Source: Prasinococcaceae sp. CCMP 1430 (taxonomy: Eukaryota > Plantae > Prasinodermophyta). From it: DNA of 17,176 nucleotides. The notes beneath the pieces are model-generated. The model made no database searches. It was given only the letters and a program-made list of their open reading frames with translations, and was not told the DNA's origin. Made by a program: the position numbers and the translations under genes. Each line of letters opens with the position of its first letter. The first letter of the stretch is position 1. This document shows positions 7,806 to 16,949 of this stretch, piece by piece. Where the stretch lies: positions 1 through 17,176 of the forward strand of contig RQSC01000007.1 in the NCBI GenBank assembly GCA_013416795.1. The letters run 5' to 3'.

Positions 7806-8439
7806 GCACGCGCAGCACACGTGTCCCCGTGCATGTCTCAGCGGATCGCGCGCACGCGCCCGCGCCCCCGCCCGCGCGCACCTCCTGCTCCTCGCCGGCC
7901 GGGCGAGCGAGCATCTGCTATCGCCGCCGCCGCCCCCGATAGATTCCCTTCACAGGGCCACCTGCGCGCGTGATTGACGCCTTTGTGTGTGTGTGTGTGT
8001 TGTGTGGCACTGTGCGCCCAAACGCGCGAGTCCATTGAAAGTGACCTGGTGCACATCAAAACGCATGCGCTTCAACAATGCCTTCAGAAAGGAGGCACAC
8101 AAAAATCGGAGGGTGTGTGCTGGCCACACGGCGTACACGCAGCGGCTGCGCGCCCGCGCCCCTCCTTCACCCGCCTCTGCGCGGCGCGGCCGCGTCCGCG
8201 CCGCCCCCCGCACTGCGGCTCGGCGGGCCGCCGGCGGCGCCGCCGCCGACGCTTTTCGTGCCGCAGCAGGGGGCGATCGGCAGTTGTGGGGCGGGCGAGG
8301 GGCGCGGCGACGAGCACAGGCGGCGAGCGCGTGCCGTGCATATTGACGCATATCCGGCACTCTCAACGGTGCTGGCGGGCGGCCAAGCGCGGGCGCGCCG
8401 ATGGTCACGAGTGGCGCACACGCTGGGCGGCCAGAGGAG

Positions 8440-10989
8440 ATGTTGGCACATCAAACGTCCCGAAGATGGGAAAGGCCTGCGGCGCTCGCCGGGGGGCGGA
8501 ATCTTCTTCGTGCGCGACCACGTCGTGCCCAGCTGTTTGTGTTGGCGGCGGTGCTCGTGTCTTTTTGCGCATGCACCGCAGCGGTGTCTCTCACCGCCAA
8601 CGCCGCTGGCGGGCTCTTTGTCACTATTTCCTACACGAGCGATGAACCCCTCTCGGGGCTGCAGTTCGAGCTGGCGGACGCCGCCAGTGGCGCGCCGCTC
8701 GTCCTTGTGGGGGATGGACAGGGCGGCGCAGCGGCTGCCGCACAATTTGATGTTGCGACAAGTACGGAGCCAGGCGTGGTGCGTGCGCGACAACGCGTGC
8801 TGCACTCTCTAGAGTCTTCCGCACGAACTCGAGCACGCGTCTCCGCTCGTTGTCATGCGCAGACAAGCGCCAATGCAGACGCATCTGACTGACACATCCT
8901 CGCATCGCGCTCCGACGAAAATGGGCGCGCGCACGGCGTTGATGCTGGAGCAAAGGTGCTCGTTTTCAGCCCTGCATTCACCAGCAGCCTGCCGCCTGCC
9001 TCAACTTCGACTTTGCTCACCACTGTCACTCTTGCGGTGGCTATGGCAGATGGGGACCAAGCCTGCATCCGGGACCCTGTCGCGACCGCATCCTCGGGCG
9101 GTGGCAATATCACTGTGGATGTGTCGCTGTCACCTTGCGAGGGTGCAGATGAGGGCGGAGGGGCAACTCCTCCCAGCGATGCGCCATTGCCTCTGCCGAC
9201 AGGCTTCGACGTGGCGCTTTCGGCGTCCGATAGTGATGCGGACGGTCTGGTGACGATTACCACTGCGTCTGCGGTGCCGTTTTCCTCTTTTAGTTTCTTG
9301 CTGCAAGCACCGGATGGTTCCCTAGTCGCTCTGAGCGGCACTGACGATCCTCCCAGCGGCGCTGCCCCTCAGGCTGGCTTCACCGTACTGGTGTCTACCG
9401 GGCCGGGGGGAGGCAAAACCAGGGTGAACGCGTTTGATCCGTCTGGCCAGAGTATCGGGCCTTTCGCGGAAGGTACTGTTCTTGTGGTCCTTCAGGTGTC
9501 GGCCTCCGGGGGTGTGGCGGGCGCTTGCGTGGCTGATGCGAGCGTCTCCTCCGGCTCCGTTGACGTCGAGGGGAGCCCTCTTCGCGTGTCGACGGACTGC
9601 GAAGGCGGGGAAGCGCCACCAACGCCGCCACCGCCCTCGAGCTCTACGCCTCCGTCCGAGCCTGCTCCGCCTCCTCCCCCGAGTCCCACCGTCGTAGGCC
9701 TACCGGCGGGCTTCGACGTGGCCCTTTCGGCGTCCGACAGTGATGCGGACGGTCTGGTGACCATCACTGCCGTGTCGGCGGTGTCATTTGTCGCCTTCGA
9801 GTTCAGGTTGCAAGCGCCCGACGGTTCTTTGGTCGTCCTGAGTGGCACCGACGACCCTCCCAGCGGCGCTGCCTCGGGCTTCTCCGTCTTTGTGTCTGTC
9901 GACCAAACCAAGGTGACCGCGTTTGATCCGTCCGGCCAGAGTATCGGGCCTTTTGCGGAAGGTACTGTTCTTATGGCCCTGCGGGTGTCGGCCTCCGGGG
10001 GCGTGGCGGGCGCTTGCGTGGCTGATGCTAGCGTCTCCTCCGGCTCCGTTGACGTCGAGGGGAGCCCTCTTCGCGTGTCGACGGACTGCGAAGACGGGGA
10101 AGCGCCACCAACGCCGCCACCACCACCACCTAGCCCACCCTCCCCGTTGGAAAGTGGTGGAGGAGGTGCCACGGGCGCGGAAGATGTCGTCATGGATATG
10201 AGCGATGTGGACGCCAGCGGAACGCTGACAGTCGGCTACACGAGCAAGGTACCCATTTACGCCTTCGATATCGTCCTCGCGGATGCCTCCGGAAATACGA
10301 TCGCAGTTGCCGAGGCCTTTGGGGGCGAGGCGGATGCTGCTGGCTTCGACGTCACAATAGACGGAAACACCGGAGTCGTGCGTGGCTCTGCGGCTGGCCT
10401 CGGCGAGCGCGCGGGCGATGTGGGGGTGGACAGTAGTCTGCGCCAGCAGGATCCTCAGCCCGTCCCCGCGTCCTCGGAGCAGCGTGTGCTCACACAACTG
10501 CGGCTGACAGACCCACCCCAGGAGGGCACCAGCCTGTGCACGAAAGAGGTGGCCTTCGAGGGGAGCGACGGCGAGCAGCTCACTGCGAGAGAACCCTGCG
10601 ACAAGAGTGGCGCTGTGCCCTCCCCACCGCCTTCGCCCTCTGGCAGCAACAATGCGAACGACGGAAACAACGATGGCGGCGGTGGTGGCCTCAGCGCAGG
10701 GGCCATCTTTGGCATTGTCATCGGATCGACGGTGGGAGGCGTGCTGCTAGTAGCGCTAGTGGTGTTCCTCCTGTCCAGACGCAGCCGCGAACGCCGCCCG
10801 GCGGCCATCTCGCCGTCGCAACGCAACGGCGGCGTCAATGGTGCGAGCGGCTCCTCTCCGCAACCGCCGCCAGGTGAGAGCGACTTCACCAACAAGGTCA
10901 CGAACGTTACGAACGAGTCGGCCGCCGGCTCACCGCCTATCAACCGCCCGTCGCGCGGTGGCAAGGGGCAGTTCGTGGAACTGGTATAA
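8440..10989 (+). CDS. Type-I membrane protein with four cohesin-like beta-sandwich repeats, Pro/Ser-rich linkers, one TM helix and a cytosolic tail; join(8440..8778,8956..10989), about 790 aa
   Basis: Signal-like LFVLAAVLVSFCACTAAVSLTA. Intron 8779-8955 (GTGCGT, CTGACTGAC 8885-8893, AAAG) joins STEPGV|VLVFS inside repeat 1. Repeats follow V.I.Y.S..P...FQF.L.....GGAA.AAGF.V...G.V..F.....I.P......L..L.V....C..x19-23..C. TM at 10702-10773 followed by SRRSRERR. Alternative start 8401; the acceptor is weak. Confidence 0.8.
9202..10121 (+). repeat. Intragenic tandem duplication (units about 9202-9636 and 9709-10121; offset 507 nt, falling to 489 nt after an 18-nt indel)
   Basis: Long near-identical DNA blocks, e.g. 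GCGTCTCCTCCGGCTCCGTTGACGTCGAGGGGAGCCCTCTTCGCGTGTCGACGGACTGCGAAG present in both units. Confidence 0.95.
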
Positions 10990-11267
10990 TCGCTGCTGGC
11001 CGAGCGAGGCAACAGCTCGTTGGTAGCGCTCGTTTTCTTCAGCCTGCACAGCGCGAGGCTGAGTGATGCTATTTACTTCACAGTCTTCCAGGCGTGCGCC
11101 CACGCTCGTTCTCGTCCCAAGGTGGAACACGCGAGGGAGCACATAGCGCGCAGGGAATTCACGCGCGCGTCGTCGGTAGGAAATAAGCATCCAAATGAGG
11201 GAGTGAGCACACGCTGCAAAGCGCCCTCGCACGACAGGCCATGGTGGCCTTCAGAGCGCGCTTGCTC

Positions 11268-12380
11268 CTACTCAGCCTCAGGCTCCGCAGGTGCCTGCTC
11301 AGGCTCGGCTGCGGGTGCCTCCTCCTCGGCGGCCGGCGCCTCCTCCTCCTCCGTAGCGGCCTCTGCGGGCACCTCGTCCTCCGCTGGCGCCTCCGGTGCA
11401 GCGGGCGCATCCATCTCTGCCTCCGCGGGAGCGTCTTCCACGACAGGCGCCTCTGTCTCTGCGGGCGTCTCACCACCGCCCTCGGTGGTAGCGCCGTTGA
11501 ACGCGGCGCCCGCCTCAGGCTCTGCCTCTGTTGCCACCCCCGCGTCACCTCCCGCCGCTGTCGCCGCCCCCTCGTCCACAGGAGCCTGCTGCGCGTGAGC
11601 ATCCCCGACGGCAGCTTCATCCCCAACCTCTGCTTTGGACGCTTCGGGAGCGTCAGCTTCAGGCTCAAGTCCCGCTGCCTTGCGCGCGGGCTTCACAACG
11701 ACTGCATTGTAGGCCTCGAGCTCTTCCTTTGAGACCTTGCCGTCGCCGTCGGTGTCAAGATCGGCGAAGTCGAGCGGTTTGGCGAGGTCGGCGATGTTCA
11801 GCGGTGCCAGCTATGGGACGCGTACAGCCACCGGCCCCGTGGCCACAAGCGTGTCAGCGCAGTGCGCACGGATTGGCCAGCTGTGGCCTCCCACGCTCGG
11901 GCGCGTGCGCCATGGCGCACGGGTGCGCCTGCCTGCGCTCCGCACCTTTGGCGGCGCGCTCCCCTGGAGCGGTGGCCTCCGCCGTGAGCCCTCAGGCGGC
12001 CGCACGCGCTTTGGTTTGGGCACGCCCTTCTCTAGCGCGACCTTGATGGCGTCGAACACGGCGTCCTTGTCGGCGAGCACCGCGTCATCTTCTTTGGCAA
12101 GCGCGCGCACGCCGCGCATGATTGTGTGCGGGAGGCCGCTCTGATCGAGGAATCGCAGGAAATCCTCGCGCCCGCGCGGCGGCGCCGGCCACGACTTGCG
12201 CAGGTGCTGCGGCGGCGCGCCCGGCGCGCGCAGCACCTTGGACACGAACGCCACCGCATCCTTCTTGTCGGGAGGGCCGCTGTTGTACAGGTCGAACACC
12301 GCGGCCTTGACGGCGTCTGCGCTCCCCGAGGCGTGCAGCGCCTCCAGCAGCGCCTCGCGCTTCGCCTGCGCAGGGTCCAT
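11268..12380 (-). CDS. Protein with two MYCBP/AMY-1-like (D/D-type) repeats, one EF-hand and an acidic Ala/Glu/Pro tail; complement(join(11268..11810,11946..12380)), 325 aa
   Basis: ATG 12380 (MDPAQAKRE). Intron 11945-11811 has AAG|GTGCGG, CTGAC at 11857-11853 and CCCATAG. EF loop DTDGDGKVSKEE at 11756-11721. Repeats KREALLEAL.ASG..D......DLY and REDFLRFLDQSG...T......AL.KE resemble MYCBP KREQFRRYLEKSGVLDTL..VLVALYEE. Confidence 0.8.
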
Positions 12381-12860
12381 CGCCGCCGCCCCTCGGGCGC
12401 CGCCCTCCGCCGAGCCCGCCCGGAGCACCGCAGTGGCGCGCGCGCACCCACGCCGCCCGCCAGGGCACACGCCGCACGCGCCAGGGCGCGCGCGCGCGTC
12501 CCAAAGCGGCTCCAGCGGACAAGCCCCCACCGCAGAACGCGCGCGGATTCCGCCCTCAGATTTCAAACGGCGAAAAACGCACTCGATGATCAAAACGAGC
12601 GTTAAAAGAACGGCAATCGGTGCGCCGCGCGGAGAAGAACAAACCCTCCATAAACCGTAATTCAGTGCGCAACCAGTGCTGTACCTTAACTCGCCGAATG
12701 GGCGCTGGTTCCCCGAGGGCGCGCCCGAAATAGAGCTGTTGCTGCGCCATGGGGCGCGCGAGGGCACGCGGGTGAGGCGAGGGGAGTGTGTGTAGGCGCG
12801 CATATGTGTGGGTGTGTACACACGAATACTCACACGTGGACCTTCACACACACACACGCT

Positions 12861-12896
<36 letters not shown>
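12861..12896 (+). repeat. Poly-G tract (36 nt), preceded by short (CA)n
   Basis: Seen directly. Confidence 0.9.
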
Positions 12897-12897
<1 letters not shown>

Positions 12898-12971
12898 GAG
12901 CCGTGGCCATACGACGCGCCCGAGCGCGCGCGCCGCGTGGGCGCGCGCCCGCGGCGGAGGCGGGGGTTGGG

Positions 12972-14100
12972 ATGGCGTACGCAGCGATGTCGCCGTCGGA
13001 CGTGCTGCCGCAGGACATGCTGGCCACGCTGCCGCCCGACCCGGCCGCGCAGCACGAGCTGGCCGTCAAGCTCGCGGCGTACGCCTTCAACGCGCGCGCG
13101 GCGGGGCTCGAGGCCGAGGTCGCCCAACTCAAGAGCGCGCTGGCCGCAAAAACCAATGCGCTCAAGGGGGTCGAGGCACAAGCCTCGGAGCTGCGCCTTG
13201 AGCTCGCCGAGGCGCGCGCGTGCGCCGAGCAGTCGCTCGAGGAGCAGTCAAAGCTCGTGGGGGAGAAGGATGCGCTTGCAGCCACAGTCAATAGGCTCAA
13301 TAGGGAGAACGCCAAGCTCGGGGCGTTCAAGAGGAACCTGCTGCAGACCCTACAGGACGATGACGACGTCCAGGTGCGCCCCTGAGCCCCTGCGCATTGA
13401 TGAGTGCGCCCGCGCGCCTTGGTTTCGCCGCGCTGACGAGCCTCGTTCCGGTCGCGTGCGCAGGCTGGCGCGCCGGTCGAGGGGATCGGTGCGCCGGGCT
13501 ACAGCGCAGCCAAGCGAGAGCCGGTGACTCCCTCATTGTCCCTCTACCAATCGCAGAGGTACGAACCCGCGCGCGCTCGCGAGTGGCGGCTGTCAAGGCG
13601 CGCGGAGCTCCGGCACTGACGCTGAGAGCTGGTCCGTCGCAGTGCCGTGCCCACCCCAACAAACTCCGCGCTGCGCTTGGCCGGTATGACGCCCGCTGGC
13701 GGTAGTGCGCCGCCCGGCGCCTCCCAGGTGGACGGCAAGGAGTTCTTCCGCCGCGCGCGCGCGACACTCGCCAACGAGCAGTTCACAGCGTTCCTGCGGA
13801 ACATCAAGGTGCGTGCCTGCGCACGCTCGCGCACTCGCATGCGCATGCGCATCGTGTGCGTATCGCGCGCGTGCACGTGCTCACATGTCCCTTTTCGCGC
13901 GCCGGCACGTCTCTCTCGCTCCGCGGACCCGTGCACGCTCGCACCCGCCCGTCCACCCTCAGGAGCTCAACGCGCACCGCCAGACGCGCGAGGAGACGCT
14001 GCAGCGCGCCGCCGACATTTTTGGCGCCGACAATGCTCACCTGTACACGGCCTTCGAGGGACTGCTCACCCGACATATGCCATTGGCGGGAGGGGCGTAG
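12972..14100 (+). CDS. At4g15545/NAIP (NAI2-interacting protein)-like coiled-coil protein; join(12972..13373,13464..13558,13643..13808,13963..14100), 266 aa
   Basis: N-terminal LPQDMLATLPPDP..Q..LA.K, coiled coil ending V.RL.RE.AKL..FKR.LLQTLQDD, C-terminal VDGKEFFR.AR..L..EQF.AFL.NIK|ELNAH.QTREETL..A..IFG.DN..LY..FEGLL.RH. Introns GTGCGC..CAG, GTACGA..CAG and GTGCGT..CAG keep frame; CTGAC in the first two. Confidence 0.92.
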
Positions 14101-14615
14101 GTGGCGCGCTCACGCGCAGCGCACGCTTCTCCGACGGAGAGTGGCACGGACCCTCACAGGGAGCCTCCCCTCACCTCCTGACCCTTCGACAACAGTAAGA
14201 TAAACACCCAACTGTAGGCCATCGGCGTGCTGACTGGCATGCGGGCGCGCCCACGCCTGCCAGCGCCACATGCCTGCGGCGAGTGCGCGCGCAGCGGTCG
14301 CGGCGTGCACCGCCACGCATAGCGTCCTGGCGGCGCCGAGGTTCAGGTTACGAGCTCATCAATATAGGGTTTGATTGTAGGGTTCAAATTTCACATCAAA
14401 TCGAATAGGCGTGTGCCGGGCACTCTTGGCGCCGCCGCTTCGGGCGTTTCGCGACGAGTGCGCCATTCTTCGCGAGTGCGCCGCCAGAGGGCGCGGGGCC
14501 GGCCGCAGGGCCTATCGGGCGGGCGGACGGGCGAGGGGGAGCCAAGGCGCAGCCCCTCCCTCCGCCCGCACGTGCTGTGACCCGCGGCAAGCTAAAGCCG
14601 CGCAGCCGGCGCAGC

Positions 14616-15860
14616 ATGACGCGCCGCGGCTTGGCGCGGCTTGGCGAGGCTCAACCGTACGTGTACGAGCGCGGTGGCGCATTCGAGAGCCTGCCTGCCG
14701 AGACTCGCGCCCGGCTCGAAGGGGTCAGCGTCGGCGCGGCCGCGGCGCGCACCGGCGATAGATTCGCAGCCGCAGAAGACGCGGCCGATGCCATCTTCAG
14801 CTGGTCCAAGTACCCCCCGCGTGTGCCCAAAGGCGTACCGGACTATGCGCAGCTCTGCCTTGAGGTCGCTTCGCAGATGGCCGACCAAGCGCTTGCGGCG
14901 CGCGAGAGGGGAGAGGAGGTGCCGCCGAGCCCCGAGCCGCGGCACTACGACACGCTGCGCGAATTCGGTGAGCACCCTGACGGCAGCGGCGATGGCGTGT
15001 TCCGCACCTTTCTCACTGAGGTGGACTTCTTCAATGAGGTCGACGGCGCGCTGCTCGACGCCGAGGCGAGCATAGCGGGCTCCGAAGCGGATGTGCTAGC
15101 CGCCGCGCGTGCCGCCGCGGATGCGCTCACCGAAGCCAATCGCACGCGCGCGGTGCCGCAAGCGCTTCAAACTGAGACGGGAATCACGCTGGCGACCGCG
15201 CGTTACCACGCGCATCGCGGCGGCTCCACGCGCGGCTCGGACGGGACCGCACTTGCGCTTTCTGACAGGGCCTCGCCGCGCTCCCGAGCTGCCACGGCCA
15301 GCTCCATCATCAATCGCACGCTCACGTTCCTGCGGCTACGCGCGCAGCGACAGGCAGCTGCCTCGCGCATCTCCGCGGGCGACACCACCGCCACTCTCAC
15401 TTTGCTGCCGGAGTGTGTCACACGCAGGGGAGAGCTCGCCCAGCCGACCAACCCGACGGGCGTAGGATGCACGTGGCCGCTGCCCGCGGACGTCGACGCC
15501 GGACTGTGGGAGGATGCCAAGCGGACCGCCGAGCACAAAGCGCGTCTATTGGCCGAAAGCAAGCGCTTCGCAGAGTCACGACGGCCCCTCGCCGCGCTGC
15601 ACGCGGCGCGGCGCGAGTGCGCGGCCGCGCGCGAGCGCGAGGAGGCCGCGCGCAGGCGCGCGGTGGACGAAGCCGTGCGGCGGCGTATCAGCGCGGCACT
15701 TAGCCGAGCGGCGCCCGAACGGTTAGCAGGGTACAAGACGCGCCTGGAGGAGCGGCGCAAGCGCGCTGAGGAGCTGCGCTCCGAGGCAAGCATGGGCTTT
15801 CGGGTCCTCAGCTCGGGGCGGTCGCTCACCACAGGCAAGGTGGTCCACCACACGCTCTAA
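14616..15860 (+). CDS. Hypothetical protein with C-terminal coiled coil, 414 aa
   Basis: Long ORF with ATG at 14616, protein-like composition (IFSWSKYPP, FRTFLTEVDFFNE, WEDAKR..EHKARLL, E/R-rich helix) and a downstream TGTAA. No family recognised; an in-frame intron cannot be excluded. Confidence 0.72.
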   Translation: MTRRGLARLGEAQPYVYERGGAFESLPAETRARLEGVSVGAAAARTGDRFAAAEDAADAIFSWSKYPPRVPKGVPDYAQLCLEVASQMADQALAARERGEEVPPSPEPRHYDTLREFGEHPDGSGDGVFRTFLTEVDFFNEVDGALLDAEASIAGSEADVLAAARAAADALTEANRTRAVPQALQTETGITLATARYHAHRGGSTRGSDGTALALSDRASPRSRAATASSIINRTLTFLRLRAQRQAAASRISAGDTTATLTLLPECVTRRGELAQPTNPTGVGCTWPLPADVDAGLWEDAKRTAEHKARLLAESKRFAESRRPLAALHAARRECAAAREREEAARRRAVDEAVRRRISAALSRAAPERLAGYKTRLEERRKRAEELRSEASMGFRVLSSGRSLTTGKVVHHTL

Positions 15861-15939
15861 CTGTAGTCTAACAGCTACGCGCTCGCGGGCGAGAGCGCAG
15901 CTGACTGCCGGATATGCGCGTCAGCATGGACGCCCTGGC

Positions 15940-15944
15940 TGTAA
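15940..15944 (+). promoter_or_regulatory. TGTAA candidate polyadenylation signal of the coiled-coil gene
   Basis: 79 nt after the stop codon. Confidence 0.5.
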
Positions 15945-16032
15945 CATATGTACAGTACGATTCGGTTGTGTACGCCTGGACGCCTGCGGCGAGGCGCACA
16001 TCGCACGCGCACGGTGGCGAGCGAGCAGGTGG

Positions 16033-16949
16033 CTAGAGGATGAGTTCTACGCCGCTCTCCTCGCAGAATGCCTTGAGGGCCTCCTCGCCATCTGTCCCGG
16101 AGAAGCGGTTCCGGCTCAAGTCGAGTCGTTTGAGGCGCTGTGCGCCGCCGGCCTCTTGCTCCGCAAGCGCCGCGTCGCGCGCGGCGGCGAGCGAGCATGC
16201 GAGCGCGTAGGCGCCCTCGGCGCCGCAGGCATTGGCGCTGAGGTCGACGCTCTCGAGCGCACCCAGCCCGACGCGCTCAAAAGCCTCGCCCACCTGGCGG
16301 AAGCCCTCGTCGCCAAGGCGGTTAGACGCCAGCCCCAGCGTCTTGAGCGACTCGTGTTGCGAAGCAGCTTCGGCGGCGGCGGCGGCACCCTCGGCCTCGA
16401 GCGAATTGAATCCGAGTTCGAGGCGGACCACTCCGGCGCCGTGCGCGCGCAGCGCGGCCGCGAGCGTCTCGCCTGCAGACGCCACGAGCGCAAGCCGCGA
16501 GAGTGGCAGCTCCTCGATCTCACACACGCGCAGCACGACCTCGAGCGCCTCGGCATGACCGGACTTTAGGGTCGCGAGCGCGAGGGAGCGGAGCTGTGCG
16601 CGGGGCAGCAGCGCGCCGCATGCGGAGACGCGAGTTAGCGCGCCGGTTTGCATGCGTTCTCGCGCGCACGCACGCGTACACCACGCACCTCGTCCTCCTC
16701 CAGCCAGTCCTCGCGCGCCTCGAGCAGCGCCTCCAGCGCCTCGCGGTGGCCGCCCGCCGCCGCGAGGTCCGCCGGCGTCTCGTCATGCTCGTCGAGCGCC
16801 GTGACGAGCGCGTCGAGGTCCGCGCCCTCGCCGTCCCCGTCGCCGTCTCCGGCCTCCTCGGCGGCGGCGAGCAACGCCCGCACGCGCGCGGCGTCGCCCG
16901 CCTCCGCCGCCTCGTGCAGCGGCGTCGTCACGCCCCCCTCGTCCGCCAT
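16033..16949 (-). CDS. Small ankyrin-repeat + RI-like leucine-rich-repeat protein; complement(join(16033..16593,16689..16949)), 273 aa
   Basis: ATG 16949. ANK motifs TPLHEAAEAGD...VRALL and DEHDETPADLAAAGGHREALEALL. Intron 16688-16594 has GAG|GTGCGT, CTAAC at 16638-16634 and CACAG, phase 0. LRRs RLELGFNSLEAEGA, LKTLGLASNRLGDEG, LESVDLSANACGAEG, LKRLDLSRNRF. Confidence 0.88.

Noticed and set aside
10378-10449. Possible in-frame 72-nt intron (GTGCGT...CAG) in repeat 4, at the same position as the repeat-1 intron
   Set aside because: No branch motif, and removal would delete the strand equivalent to VLVF/VNAF. RNA-seq would settle it.
11721-11756. EF-hand loop as a dockerin partner for the neighbouring cohesin-like protein
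   Set aside because: Single loop with Glu at position 12 (EF-hand type), no duplicated dockerin segment, and no signal peptide, so it is in the wrong compartment.
1771-16688. Introner-type repeated introns (GTGCGT starts)
   Set aside because: The introns share only splice signals; no mutual similarity or terminal repeats seen by eye.
16820-16855. DGDGDGEGADLD in the ankyrin loop as an EF-hand
   Set aside because: Gly at the hydrophobic position 8; better explained by GACGGC/GACGGG hexamer slippage.
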